Shown here: positions 10,523 through 19,363 of the stretch, piece by piece
Layout of the letters: the number at the start of each line of letters is the position of its first letter
How positions within the stretch are numbered: the first letter of the stretch is position 1
Sequence record: ON568341.1
Origin: Escherichia phage UE-S1
DNA length: 64,000 bases
Reading direction: 5' to 3' (one strand)
Translations under genes and position numbers: made by a program
Notes under the pieces: generated by a model
What the model saw: only the letters and a program-made list of their open reading frames with translations
The model's database searches: none
What the model was told of the DNA's origin: nothing

Positions 10523-10557
10523 TAATAATGTTCCTTAACTCAAATCCGAGGTAATTA

Positions 10558-11163
10558 ATGAAACGATTATTGAAAGAGATTATACAAACCGTTGTTATAA
10601 TTGCTGCATTAAACTTTCCTGCGGCGGCAGAAGTTTCAAAAAAAGCATCTGTTTTTCTATTAAATGATCATGTTGGGTCAATTGATGGTGAACTAAATGA
10701 TAAAACTGTACAAGATGTGGAGCAGTTGTGGAAAGAAAAAAAATTTAAAATTTTAACAATTACATCACCTGGTGGTGATTTTGATGCTGGTATTAAAATG
10801 GGAAATTTTGTTAGAGACAATGGTATAAATTTAATTGTTTCTAGATATTGCAATTCAGCATGTACTGTGGTATTCTTTAGTGTGCCCCCTGAAAAGCGAT
10901 ATATGACAAATCAATCAGTACTGGGATTACATAACATTTCGATCAAAAGTAACGTTAGAGATAGGGATAATACCTTTGTATCTGTTAGACAATTATCAAC
11001 ATTTACTGAAGAAATGGCAACAAAAGTAGGATTTTTATTTACACTATATTCAGCTAATGGAATTCCACCTAGCGTTCTATATAGAGTTAGTCGTGCACGT
11101 GGTGAAGATGTTGTTATCTTAACAAAAAAAGACCTAATTCATTACGGTTCGGTAAATCCATAA
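10558..11163 (+). CDS. secreted ClpP/S49-fold protein
   Basis: Signal-peptide-like N-terminus (VVIIAALNFPAAAEV); ITSPGGDFDAG and NSACTVV..GLHN pattern parallels the ClpP motifs at 5166. Confidence 0.45.
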   Translation: MKRLLKEIIQTVVIIAALNFPAAAEVSKKASVFLLNDHVGSIDGELNDKTVQDVEQLWKEKKFKILTITSPGGDFDAGIKMGNFVRDNGINLIVSRYCNSACTVVFFSVPPEKRYMTNQSVLGLHNISIKSNVRDRDNTFVSVRQLSTFTEEMATKVGFLFTLYSANGIPPSVLYRVSRARGEDVVILTKKDLIHYGSVNP

Positions 11164-11231
11164 AAATAATTATAATAACAGGATGATTATGTTGTTCTTC
11201 CTTTGTTATTAACTATATCGGAAATATAACT

Positions 11232-11492
11232 ATGACAAACATCCAGAATTTGACGTCTATTATTTTTTATGCTACAGTGGTGATGTATACTATTGTACTT
11301 ATTTTAACAGTTTTTATTTACAAAGATTACAAAAAAGGCTTTATTAATAGCTCAACAATGAAGTTCAATTCTAAATTTGAAGCAATTATATTTTATGTTT
11401 TGACAACATCATATTTGTTGTGTATAATGTTATTAGGGTCATTGATTTATATTTTATATACAACATTATTTGCAATTGGAGCTATTTTATGA
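11232..11492 (+). CDS. small membrane protein
   Basis: Strongly hydrophobic segments; stop overlaps next start (ATGA). Confidence 0.45.
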   Translation: MTNIQNLTSIIFYATVVMYTIVLILTVFIYKDYKKGFINSSTMKFNSKFEAIIFYVLTTSYLLCIMLLGSLIYILYTTLFAIGAIL

Positions 11493-12085
11493 CATGTATT
11501 ATTGCACACACTGATGGTGTAACTTCATTTATTGCAGGGGACAAGATGGGGAGTGATGGTTTTACGAAATCAATCCAAACAGAGCCTAAAGTGTTTGAGA
11601 AAGAATTTGTAAAGATTAGTGGTGATGACGGCTTGACTCGTACAAAAGATGTTATGACAATTGGATTCACTACATCATTTCGTATGGGTCAACTGCTAAC
11701 TTATAATTTAAATTTACCAGACCAAAATTCAAATGAGACGTTTCTACAGTATTTAGTACTGAAAGTTATTCCTATTATTCGTCAAATGTTTAAAGACGAA
11801 TGGGGTGCACGTGATACAACACAAGATGTTGGTGGTGGTCAATTTATTATTTTGCACAATCATAAGATTTATGAAATTCAGGAAGATTTTTCAGTTCTCC
11901 AGGCAAAATCAAGAGTTGCATCAGTTGGTAGTGGTACATATCATGCAATTGCAGCGATGCAAGCATACATTGATCTTGAGAAAGAAACTAACGTACAACT
12001 ACATGAACGTATCAAATCCATTTTCAAAATTGTCAGTGATAATGTGTCGAGTGTAAGCGAAGAGTTTGATGTATTAAAATATTAA
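11489..12085 (+). CDS. HslV-like N-terminal-nucleophile (Thr1) peptidase
   Basis: MTCIIAHTDGVTSFIAGDKMGSDG resembles HslV N-terminus ([23 protein letters not shown]) with Thr directly after Met; VASVGSGTYHAIAAMQA resembles HslV IAIGSGGPYAQAAARA; start set at ATG 11489. Confidence 0.6.
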   Translation: MTCIIAHTDGVTSFIAGDKMGSDGFTKSIQTEPKVFEKEFVKISGDDGLTRTKDVMTIGFTTSFRMGQLLTYNLNLPDQNSNETFLQYLVLKVIPIIRQMFKDEWGARDTTQDVGGGQFIILHNHKIYEIQEDFSVLQAKSRVASVGSGTYHAIAAMQAYIDLEKETNVQLHERIKSIFKIVSDNVSSVSEEFDVLKY

Positions 12086-12100
12086 AATTATAAGAGAGAA

Positions 12101-12295
12101 ATGATGGCATACACAATTTATGAATGGATTTTGAGTTTTATTATAGTATTTTTTATGGTTGTAATTTACAATAATGCTACATGCTTATATAGAGATTTAA
12201 AATCCAATGGTTATCATGCAAACAATAATTTAATGTATGCCTATCATATTGGAATCATTCTATTATTATCAATATATTTAATTGGTTTTATATAA
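12101..12295 (+). CDS. small membrane protein
   Basis: Two hydrophobic helices. Confidence 0.4.
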   Translation: MMAYTIYEWILSFIIVFFMVVIYNNATCLYRDLKSNGYHANNNLMYAYHIGIILLLSIYLIGFI

Positions 12296-12304
12296 GGATT
12301 GCGT

Positions 12305-13057
12305 ATGATATCAGAAAAATTTATAAGTAATGAAGGAAACAAGAGATTACTTATCATCTCAGGAGCAGGTCTTTCCGTTGAAAGTGGGATGGAGCCATTT
12401 CGATTTGATGATGGCTTATGGGATACATTTAAAATTAATGACGTATGTAATATTGCAAATTTAGATACAAAATATCATGTTGTTCATTCGTTTTATAACA
12501 CACTGCGTGTTAAACTGGGTCAATGTGAACCAAATGCAATGCATTATTTTATCAAATCCTTAGAGGATCAATATGGTGATTGTTTCCTTCATATGACCTC
12601 CAACATGGATGATCTTTATACACGTATTGGTGGTAAAGAACTCAAACTTCATGGTAATTTGTGTGAAGTGATAGAAAATTATAGTATTAATGGTGATGAT
12701 TATAACATTGTTAACTGTGGTTATGAGCCATATATACCAAAACATGATGTTTTTGCTAAACCAAATGTAGTGATGATTGGTGAATATCACCGTTACGTTG
12801 ATGGTGTTCGTTTGCCAATATACGAAGAAAGAAATAATGTTTTAAAAACACTTACCGAAAACGATACTGTGATTGTTATTGGAAGTAGCGATACAGTGCT
12901 TGTGTGGTCCAGATTAGCTGCGGCATTGCCCTGTTATAGCGTTAATGTTAACATTCGCAAAAATGATAATGATTTTCTGTTCAATGAAAAAATTATCAAA
13001 CCAGCTACCAAAGCAATACATCAATTAGAGACTATAATTAAGGAACGTATGAAATGA
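12305..13057 (+). CDS. Sir2-family (sirtuin-like) NAD-dependent protein
   Basis: GAGLSVESGMEPFR (NAD-binding GAGIS..GIPDFR motif), TSNMDDL (TQNID-like), LHGNL (catalytic His), VIVIGSSDT; no Zn-binding Cys pairs; start at first ATG (track ORF begins at TTG 12299). Confidence 0.7.
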   Translation: MISEKFISNEGNKRLLIISGAGLSVESGMEPFRFDDGLWDTFKINDVCNIANLDTKYHVVHSFYNTLRVKLGQCEPNAMHYFIKSLEDQYGDCFLHMTSNMDDLYTRIGGKELKLHGNLCEVIENYSINGDDYNIVNCGYEPYIPKHDVFAKPNVVMIGEYHRYVDGVRLPIYEERNNVLKTLTENDTVIVIGSSDTVLVWSRLAAALPCYSVNVNIRKNDNDFLFNEKIIKPATKAIHQLETIIKERMK

Positions 13058-13605
13058 GTGTTAAAGAAGTTCCTTTTGGTGAATATGGTTCACGTGCCAA
13101 TTTTGTATTTTGCTATTTCTTTGCAAGAAAATGTAACCCTTACGAAAATTACGAATTGAATGATATACCAGAAGTAAATTTAGTATTACTCCAATTACGA
13201 TGGGATGGCCTTCTAGGGGGATGTGGTGGGACAGTTGAAAGTACTGATATCTCACTAGAAGATGCGTTACGTCGTGAAATTCAAGAAGAGATGGATTACA
13301 ATATTTTTGTTTCCCATCTTCGACCACTTAAAACTTTTGAAATTTATCCAGGTGCAAACAGTCATAGTTTTAGCTATGAAGTAACCTATGATGAGTTGAA
13401 ACACATTAGAGATGGATACACTAATGCTAAACATGCGAGTGCTGAAGTGGCTGGTGTAAATTTATGTCATATTTCTCGTTATTCTAAGGGACAAAATCGA
13501 GAAGCGGGATATAATAATCTTATGACTCAGAACTTCATTGGTACAGCAAAACAAGAATTGGAGTATCTGGTTCAAAAAGAAAACTTACTAATTAGTTATC
13601 TATAG
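13054..13605 (+). CDS. Nudix-like hydrolase (non-canonical box)
   Basis: GGCGGTVESTDISLEDALRREIQEEMD approximates the Nudix box with a 3-residue insertion; start overlaps Sir2 stop (ATGA). Confidence 0.45.
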   Translation: MSVKEVPFGEYGSRANFVFCYFFARKCNPYENYELNDIPEVNLVLLQLRWDGLLGGCGGTVESTDISLEDALRREIQEEMDYNIFVSHLRPLKTFEIYPGANSHSFSYEVTYDELKHIRDGYTNAKHASAEVAGVNLCHISRYSKGQNREAGYNNLMTQNFIGTAKQELEYLVQKENLLISYL

Positions 13606-13614
13606 GAGTTTAAC

Positions 13615-13935
13615 ATGTCTTACTCAATGTTTTTGGATGATATCCGTGATGCAAATCTATATTATCCAAACCAAGATATGGTGGTATGTCGTGACTTTAA
13701 AAGTGCATGTGAATATGTTATTGAAAATGGAATTCCAGCATTTGTATCATTTGACCATGACTTGGGTGATGTGAGCGAAGACGAAAAGACTGGATATTCT
13801 TTTGCTAAGTTTCTTATTGATTATATGTTTGATAATAATATTAAAGAACCGTTTGAGTACTTTGTTCACAGTAGTAATCCTGTTGGTAAAATTAATATTG
13901 AAACATACTTAAACAATGGGTTTAACGCATTATGA
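13615..13935 (+). CDS. small REC/CheY-like-fold protein (hypothetical)
   Basis: Motifs FLDDIRD, SFDHDLGD, HSSNPVG. Confidence 0.4.
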   Translation: MSYSMFLDDIRDANLYYPNQDMVVCRDFKSACEYVIENGIPAFVSFDHDLGDVSEDEKTGYSFAKFLIDYMFDNNIKEPFEYFVHSSNPVGKINIETYLNNGFNAL

Positions 13936-14234
13936 TTCAAACACACATCAAAAGTCTTATTTGTACTATTCTGTTGGGCACGGGAGTGTTTTTGTTCGGA
14001 CAATATCACGAGAATACTAAGCGTACCAACATTCACTACAATACCGCAGAAGTTGTTAGTTTAGGGCAATGTAGTGAGTCAAAATGTTCGTTTATGTACA
14101 AAACCAGCAATGGTGAAGTACGTAATGGACTATCAAGAGAACCAGTTTCAATTGGTCAACTTGTTTACCAGGAGTGCTGGGAAGAAAAGGTTCGAGGTTC
14201 CCGTTGCTATGTTGAATACGAACCAAATATGTAA
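13932..14234 (+). CDS. hypothetical protein, N-terminal TM helix
   Basis: ORF in array, ATGA overlap with upstream stop. Confidence 0.45.
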   Translation: MIQTHIKSLICTILLGTGVFLFGQYHENTKRTNIHYNTAEVVSLGQCSESKCSFMYKTSNGEVRNGLSREPVSIGQLVYQECWEEKVRGSRCYVEYEPNM

Positions 14235-14294
14235 TAATCCGAGTCAATAACATTAGTCGAGTACAAGGATGTACTCATAACTCAAGGATGTTTT

Positions 14295-15734
14295 ATGAAA
14301 AAATATACAATTGACACAAACGTACTTCTATCTGACCCTAATGCATCTATTGCGTTTGATGGTGCTGCAATCATTCTACCATTTACTGTTCTAGAAGAAT
14401 TGGATTCAATTAAGAGTCGTAGTGTGGATGTTTCACGAGATGCTCGCGTTGCTATTCGTAACATTGAAGCAATTATTGCAAATGCATCTCATGATGAAAT
14501 TAGTAGTTCTGGTGTTAATATTGCTGATGTTCATACCAATATGAATCCTGACAGCAAATTGTTTGTTATTACAAACGAAGAAGCTGAAGCACTAATTCGT
14601 ACTAAAGGTTCAAACGACAAAGTTCAAACCCTTCTCAAAAGCACTGTACCTGATGATAAAATTATTCTGGTAGCTTTAGCAACCGAATCAGTACTGGTAA
14701 CTCGTGATATCAACATGCGTATCAAAGCACTAAGTTATGGTGTCGAGGTACAAGACTATCGTCATGATATTGTTATTGGTGATAGTGATTTGATTCACAT
14801 TGGTCAACATCATATGGAAATTAATTTTTGGGATGTATATAGCAATTTAACAAATACAAATATTAAAACTGAACAAATCGGTCGTCGATTGTATCATTAC
14901 ATCCCTAAAAGCTTGATTGAGCATTTGCTTCCACAAAATCTATGTATTGGTGATTATCTATATGATGATGCTGATGTATTATTTGTATACGAAGGTCAAT
15001 CAGCCATTGAGGAAGATGATGGTACACTAACACCAGAAGATATTTTGGTATTCCAAGATATTGGTCAATCAGTAGCGTTGCGTACTAAAGTATGGGATAT
15101 TAAAGCAAAGAATATTCAGCAAGCACTTGCCATCAACAGTATTCTCGATCCTGATGTACATCTAACAGTACTACTAGGTTCGGCTGGAACTGGCAAAACA
15201 TTAGTGACGATTGCTACTGCACTAGAGTTAGTACTGGAAAAACGCAAATATGACCGTGTTGTGTTCTCAAAACCACAAGATTCACAATGGGCTGAAATTG
15301 GTTTCTTACCAGGTTCCGAAATGGAAAAAATGCTACCACATTGTGGCCCTGCACTGGATGCATTAGAATTTTTACACAAAGATGATGCCTCACCACAAGG
15401 TAGTATCGAAGAGATTCTTAAACGTAACGTGATGCAATTTAAAGCACTAAACTTTGTGCGTGGACGCTCATTCACTAATACGATTCTTGTAGTTGATGAA
15501 TTCCAAAACATTACACCTGCACAAGCAAAAACTATCTTGACACGAGCAGGATTAAACTGTAAAGTAGTGATTATGGGAAACTTAGCACAGATTGATAGCA
15601 AATTTATCAGTCCAGTAAACAGTGGTTTGACATATGTAACTGAAAAATTCAAAGATTGGAGTGGTTGCCGTATCATTGAATTAGAAGGTGTTGTTCGTTC
15701 ACCACTTGCTGAATTTGCTGAAGAAAATATGTAA
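14295..15734 (+). CDS. phoH: PIN-domain PhoH-like ATPase
   Basis: N-terminal PIN motif (IDTNVLL..PFTVLEELD); Walker A GSAGTGKT in C-terminal PhoH domain. Confidence 0.8.
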   Translation: MKKYTIDTNVLLSDPNASIAFDGAAIILPFTVLEELDSIKSRSVDVSRDARVAIRNIEAIIANASHDEISSSGVNIADVHTNMNPDSKLFVITNEEAEALIRTKGSNDKVQTLLKSTVPDDKIILVALATESVLVTRDINMRIKALSYGVEVQDYRHDIVIGDSDLIHIGQHHMEINFWDVYSNLTNTNIKTEQIGRRLYHYIPKSLIEHLLPQNLCIGDYLYDDADVLFVYEGQSAIEEDDGTLTPEDILVFQDIGQSVALRTKVWDIKAKNIQQALAINSILDPDVHLTVLLGSAGTGKTLVTIATALELVLEKRKYDRVVFSKPQDSQWAEIGFLPGSEMEKMLPHCGPALDALEFLHKDDASPQGSIEEILKRNVMQFKALNFVRGRSFTNTILVVDEFQNITPAQAKTILTRAGLNCKVVIMGNLAQIDSKFISPVNSGLTYVTEKFKDWSGCRIIELEGVVRSPLAEFAEENM

Positions 15735-15802
15735 TATAGTATGGGACGTACTGTCCCATACATGATATAATGTTGATATCATAATACAAAAGGAGATATA
15801 AA

Positions 15803-15991
15803 ATGGCTAAACAACCTAAGAAAAAAGAACCAGTAGCTAAAGTTAAAAAAGAAAAAGTTATTCAATCCAAAGAACAACGTCTGTACGAACAACGTAAGAG
15901 TGAAACACTATCTGGACTACAAGCTCTACGTAAACAAGGTATTCTAACTCGTGCACAATATCGTGAACTAGTATCTATGAAAGGCTTTTGA
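15803..15991 (+). CDS. small basic protein
   Basis: Lys-rich N-terminus; AAGGAG RBS. Confidence 0.5.
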   Translation: MAKQPKKKEPVAKVKKEKVIQSKEQRLYEQRKSETLSGLQALRKQGILTRAQYRELVSMKGF

Positions 15992-16009
15992 TTCATTTGA
16001 AGCAATATT

Positions 16010-16076
16010 ATGGAGTTCTTAATAAATACTTTTATAAGAATAATAATACTTTTTATTAAATTAAAAAGAACTCCAT
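16010..16076. repeat. 11-bp inverted repeat flanking a 45-nt AT-rich spacer
   Basis: ATGGAGTTCTT ... AAGAACTCCAT; spacer has repeated TACTTTT(T)AT. Confidence 0.5.
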
Positions 16077-16094
16077 GTGTTATTTCAGTTTTTT

Positions 16095-16122
16095 ATCCCT
16101 GTCAATTGGCAGGGATTTTTTC
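16095..16122 (+). terminator. intrinsic terminator
   Basis: ATCCCTG / CAGGGAT stem then T5. Confidence 0.7.
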
Positions 16123-16217
16123 TATCTCTATCTTGACAAAAGGTTTAAAACATGAGAACATACATTAAAGGTAGAATGACATTCCATTAGGTTATTTTTA
16201 ACTTAAAGGAGATATAT

Positions 16218-16775
16218 ATGTTTTTTGACCAAACATTTACGTTGTATCACGATTCTGGTAAAGTTGAGATTATTGATAATCTGCTACTGTACATTTCTGA
16301 GCATGAAGGGATAGACCGTTTTCATAGTAAGATGAAATTCGATTTAGCTGAATTCAACAAAAAGAATCGTGAAACTTTTTGGAAGAACCGATTCTATTAT
16401 GAAATGTTCCCAGAAAGGTTTGTTGGTTATTATCTTTGTACTGAGAAAGGTTTATTAGTATCTCCAGATTTACTTATGGGTGAATACATGGTTCTCTATA
16501 ATGAGTACTGGAAAAATAAACGCAACGCTCGTGACATTGAATGGAGACACAAGCGTTCTTATATGTACAAACACAACCACTCCCGATACAAACGTCCTAA
16601 AACTCAACAAGAGCGTCGTATGGCGTGTGCGGTACTGAAGGATGAGGGAGAACCTGATATACGTGGAAGACGTAAGATGCGTTCACTACCATCGTATTGG
16701 GACGATACCAGAACAAGACACAGTACTGGCTGGAAATACAGTACTAAGCGTAAAAAACAATACAAAGGGAGCTAA
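16218..16775 (+). CDS. hypothetical protein with basic C-terminus
   Basis: AAGGAG RBS; terminator hairpin overlaps the stop codon. Confidence 0.5.
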   Translation: MFFDQTFTLYHDSGKVEIIDNLLLYISEHEGIDRFHSKMKFDLAEFNKKNRETFWKNRFYYEMFPERFVGYYLCTEKGLLVSPDLLMGEYMVLYNEYWKNKRNARDIEWRHKRSYMYKHNHSRYKRPKTQQERRMACAVLKDEGEPDIRGRRKMRSLPSYWDDTRTRHSTGWKYSTKRKKQYKGS

Positions 16776-16790
16776 TGCTCCCTATTTTAT
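16766..16790 (+). terminator. intrinsic terminator
   Basis: AGGGAGC / GCTCCCT stem overlapping the stop codon. Confidence 0.6.
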
Positions 16791-16802
16791 AGGTTAAACT
16801 TT

Positions 16803-17972
16803 ATGAGCAAAATTAATGTTGATGTAGTTATTGGTTATATTGAAATTGAACCGTGTAGTATTGATACAATGATTGACACTCTTAATAAGTATCGTTTAGA
16901 GTACAGGGGACATATTAGTATTTCGCCCGACGGTGGTTACGGTGGATTCCATGGATACAATGTAATTTGGACCAGAGAAGAAACTGACGAAGAATATAAT
17001 ACACGAATTGAAGCTGAATCTAAAAGACGTGAAGAAATTGATCGTCAAGAAATGAAACACTTAATGAACAAGAAAATCATTAAGTTCCGAAGAGAAAGAA
17101 AAACTTCTAACATACATCAAGGATTACATGTAATGAAAAATGTAACTCAAGAAAAGATTCTGTACCTTGCAAAGTACAATGGTGGTTTCAATATCATTAG
17201 CCGTGAGTATCGTGGTAATTTGGCTAAGTTGATTGACAGCTTGTTAGAATTCGATTTCATTAAATGGGAAACTAATGAACTTTGGTATGAATATGCTGGT
17301 CAGAAATGGGAAAGTGATTATGATAATGCAACACATACCTATACTATCACCAAAGCAGGTGAAGTTCGTCTATTGATTTATCGTCTAGCATATGCTTATA
17401 AGAATCATAAAGATACTGATAAGCACCAACGTAGGATTGATGAATTACAGCAAGCACTTCAACAATATGATTTAGATATTAATAATTTCAAAGATTGTTG
17501 TTCTAAGAATGAACTTAAAGCAATTAATGATTTCAATAGTAAGACCACAAATGTTGAATTAACTGATTCTGTTGACTTAGAACTTTCACCATACAATACC
17601 AATCCTACTTGGGGAAGAACTCTTACTAATATCAATGATATTGATTTCAGCCAACCAGCACTGAATAATATGTTCCAAATGAGTTCAATGCTGGGTGCTA
17701 AAGGTTTTGATGCGTCAAGAACTGATGATTATGTTCTTCGTAAAATAAATGAAGAACTTGGTGAAATGACACTTGAAATGAACATCCGTGATGGGTTATC
17801 ATATAAAGAAGCAGGTAAAGATGGTGTCAAAGGTGAAGCTGTAGATCTTTGCATTTGTGCACTTGACATGTTCGCTTTGCAATGCGATAATATGAGTCCA
17901 GAAGAGATGGAACGTGAGTTCCTTACTTACATGAATGTTAAACTAGCCAAATGGCGTAAATCAATTCAATAG
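16803..17972 (+). CDS. hypothetical protein with C-terminal MazG-like domain
   Basis: C-terminal INEELGEMTLEM ... GEAVDLCICALDMFAL resembles MazG EExGE / ExxD motifs. Confidence 0.45.
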   Translation: MSKINVDVVIGYIEIEPCSIDTMIDTLNKYRLEYRGHISISPDGGYGGFHGYNVIWTREETDEEYNTRIEAESKRREEIDRQEMKHLMNKKIIKFRRERKTSNIHQGLHVMKNVTQEKILYLAKYNGGFNIISREYRGNLAKLIDSLLEFDFIKWETNELWYEYAGQKWESDYDNATHTYTITKAGEVRLLIYRLAYAYKNHKDTDKHQRRIDELQQALQQYDLDINNFKDCCSKNELKAINDFNSKTTNVELTDSVDLELSPYNTNPTWGRTLTNINDIDFSQPALNNMFQMSSMLGAKGFDASRTDDYVLRKINEELGEMTLEMNIRDGLSYKEAGKDGVKGEAVDLCICALDMFALQCDNMSPEEMEREFLTYMNVKLAKWRKSIQ

Positions 17973-17980
17973 GTTTTTTA

Positions 17981-18952
17981 ATGAAAACTAAAATTATTTC
18001 TGAACAAAAAATCGGCAATACTACAGTACTGAATATTGAAGTTCAAGATCTTAGTAATGTTCGTTCTCTTACTGTTTGTACTCAGAGAGATGATTTGACT
18101 GATTTTTATAACTCCGAATACATGTCAGAAGAACATTGGGATATGGGATGGTTAGACGGTAGTAGTTATATCAGTTCTCGTTATAGTTTTGGTTCTCATG
18201 AAAATATTGAACAAGTAAAAAATGAGTATATTAAACTCAGTGATACTATTGAAATGAAAGAAGAAGATTGTGTAGAACTTTTCATTTTTGAATTCGATGC
18301 AGGAAATGGTAATTCATTACTAGTAAGTAATATTGAAGAACATTTAATGTATCATGATATTGAAGATGTAGATTTTAAAAGTATTAAAAATGTTGTTCAT
18401 ATGGTTGGTGGTAGTATTACTGATGATTCAGATATCGGTCATAATATTTCACTGTGCTTAATTTCTCATCCAAAAACTCGTGGTTTTAAAGTTCCACAAG
18501 ATGAAACTTACGTGTTTGAAACTGCTGATGAAGGAATTTATCCTTGGAATGATTATGTAGAATACTATGGTCATTTCTGTTCTGATATAAAAGAACTGAA
18601 AAAAGGCGAACGATATTTTGATATGTTCCGTGCAGCACAGCGTTTAGTACTGAATAATACTGAACTATTTCCTGATCGCGGTGAAGAAAATATGATTGAT
18701 ATTATCTTCAAGAACTATGATTATGTGCAGAACATTCCTGATAATGTACATTTGGAATATGTTCACGGTTCTTCAAACAAATTCTATAATATTGAATTGA
18801 ATGTTTCAGTGTGTGAAGTAATCATTGAGTACGGTGCTATTGGTAAAACCAGTACTACCGATGGTGAAGAATTCGAAACTATTGAAGAAGCACGTAAGTT
18901 CTTCGAGAAGAAAGTAATTTCCAAAATTAAAAGTGGTTATATCCCAAAATGA
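17981..18952 (+). CDS. hypothetical protein with C-terminal WGR-like domain
   Basis: C-terminus KFYNIEL..EYGAIGKTSTTDGEEFETIEEARKFFEKKVISKIKSGY resembles WGR domain. Confidence 0.45.
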   Translation: MKTKIISEQKIGNTTVLNIEVQDLSNVRSLTVCTQRDDLTDFYNSEYMSEEHWDMGWLDGSSYISSRYSFGSHENIEQVKNEYIKLSDTIEMKEEDCVELFIFEFDAGNGNSLLVSNIEEHLMYHDIEDVDFKSIKNVVHMVGGSITDDSDIGHNISLCLISHPKTRGFKVPQDETYVFETADEGIYPWNDYVEYYGHFCSDIKELKKGERYFDMFRAAQRLVLNNTELFPDRGEENMIDIIFKNYDYVQNIPDNVHLEYVHGSSNKFYNIELNVSVCEVIIEYGAIGKTSTTDGEEFETIEEARKFFEKKVISKIKSGYIPK

Positions 18953-18962
18953 GAAAAATATC

Positions 18963-19196
18963 ATGAAAAATATATTCATTACATTAACAATATTTGTATC
19001 CATTATTCTCTGTGGTTGTGCTCCTAAAGTTGATGAGATGGATGCTGAAATCATCCGTCAAGGTTTAACAAAACTAAATCACCAAGGAACACTATACGCA
19101 TGTCATACTATGCGTCATGGGCAAGATCTTAATCTCATGTGCAGGAAGATTGTGAACCGCAAACGTCTTAATACTATTCCGAAGGATGCACAATGA
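18963..19196 (+). CDS. small secreted/lipoprotein-like protein
   Basis: MKNIFITLTIFVSIILCGC signal-like N-terminus; start taken at internal ATG. Confidence 0.4.
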   Translation: MKNIFITLTIFVSIILCGCAPKVDEMDAEIIRQGLTKLNHQGTLYACHTMRHGQDLNLMCRKIVNRKRLNTIPKDAQ

Positions 19197-19363
19197 AAGA
19201 AGTAATTGGCTACAAATGCAAAAATTGTGGCAAAGATATGGGTAAGCATTCAGTACAAGGTATGGCTTGTCCAAATCCAGGACGTGGTAATTTCAGAGGG
19301 TTCAGTACTGAAAAGTTTTATGAACCTGATTATTCAAAACCAGTAATGGGTTATAAATTATGA
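19193..19363 (+). CDS. small Cys-containing (zinc-ribbon-like) protein, 56 aa
   Basis: Not on track (<60 aa); MKEVIGYKCKNCGKDMGKHSVQGMACPN; ATGA overlaps at both ends. Confidence 0.35.
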   Translation: MKEVIGYKCKNCGKDMGKHSVQGMACPNPGRGNFRGFSTEKFYEPDYSKPVMGYKL

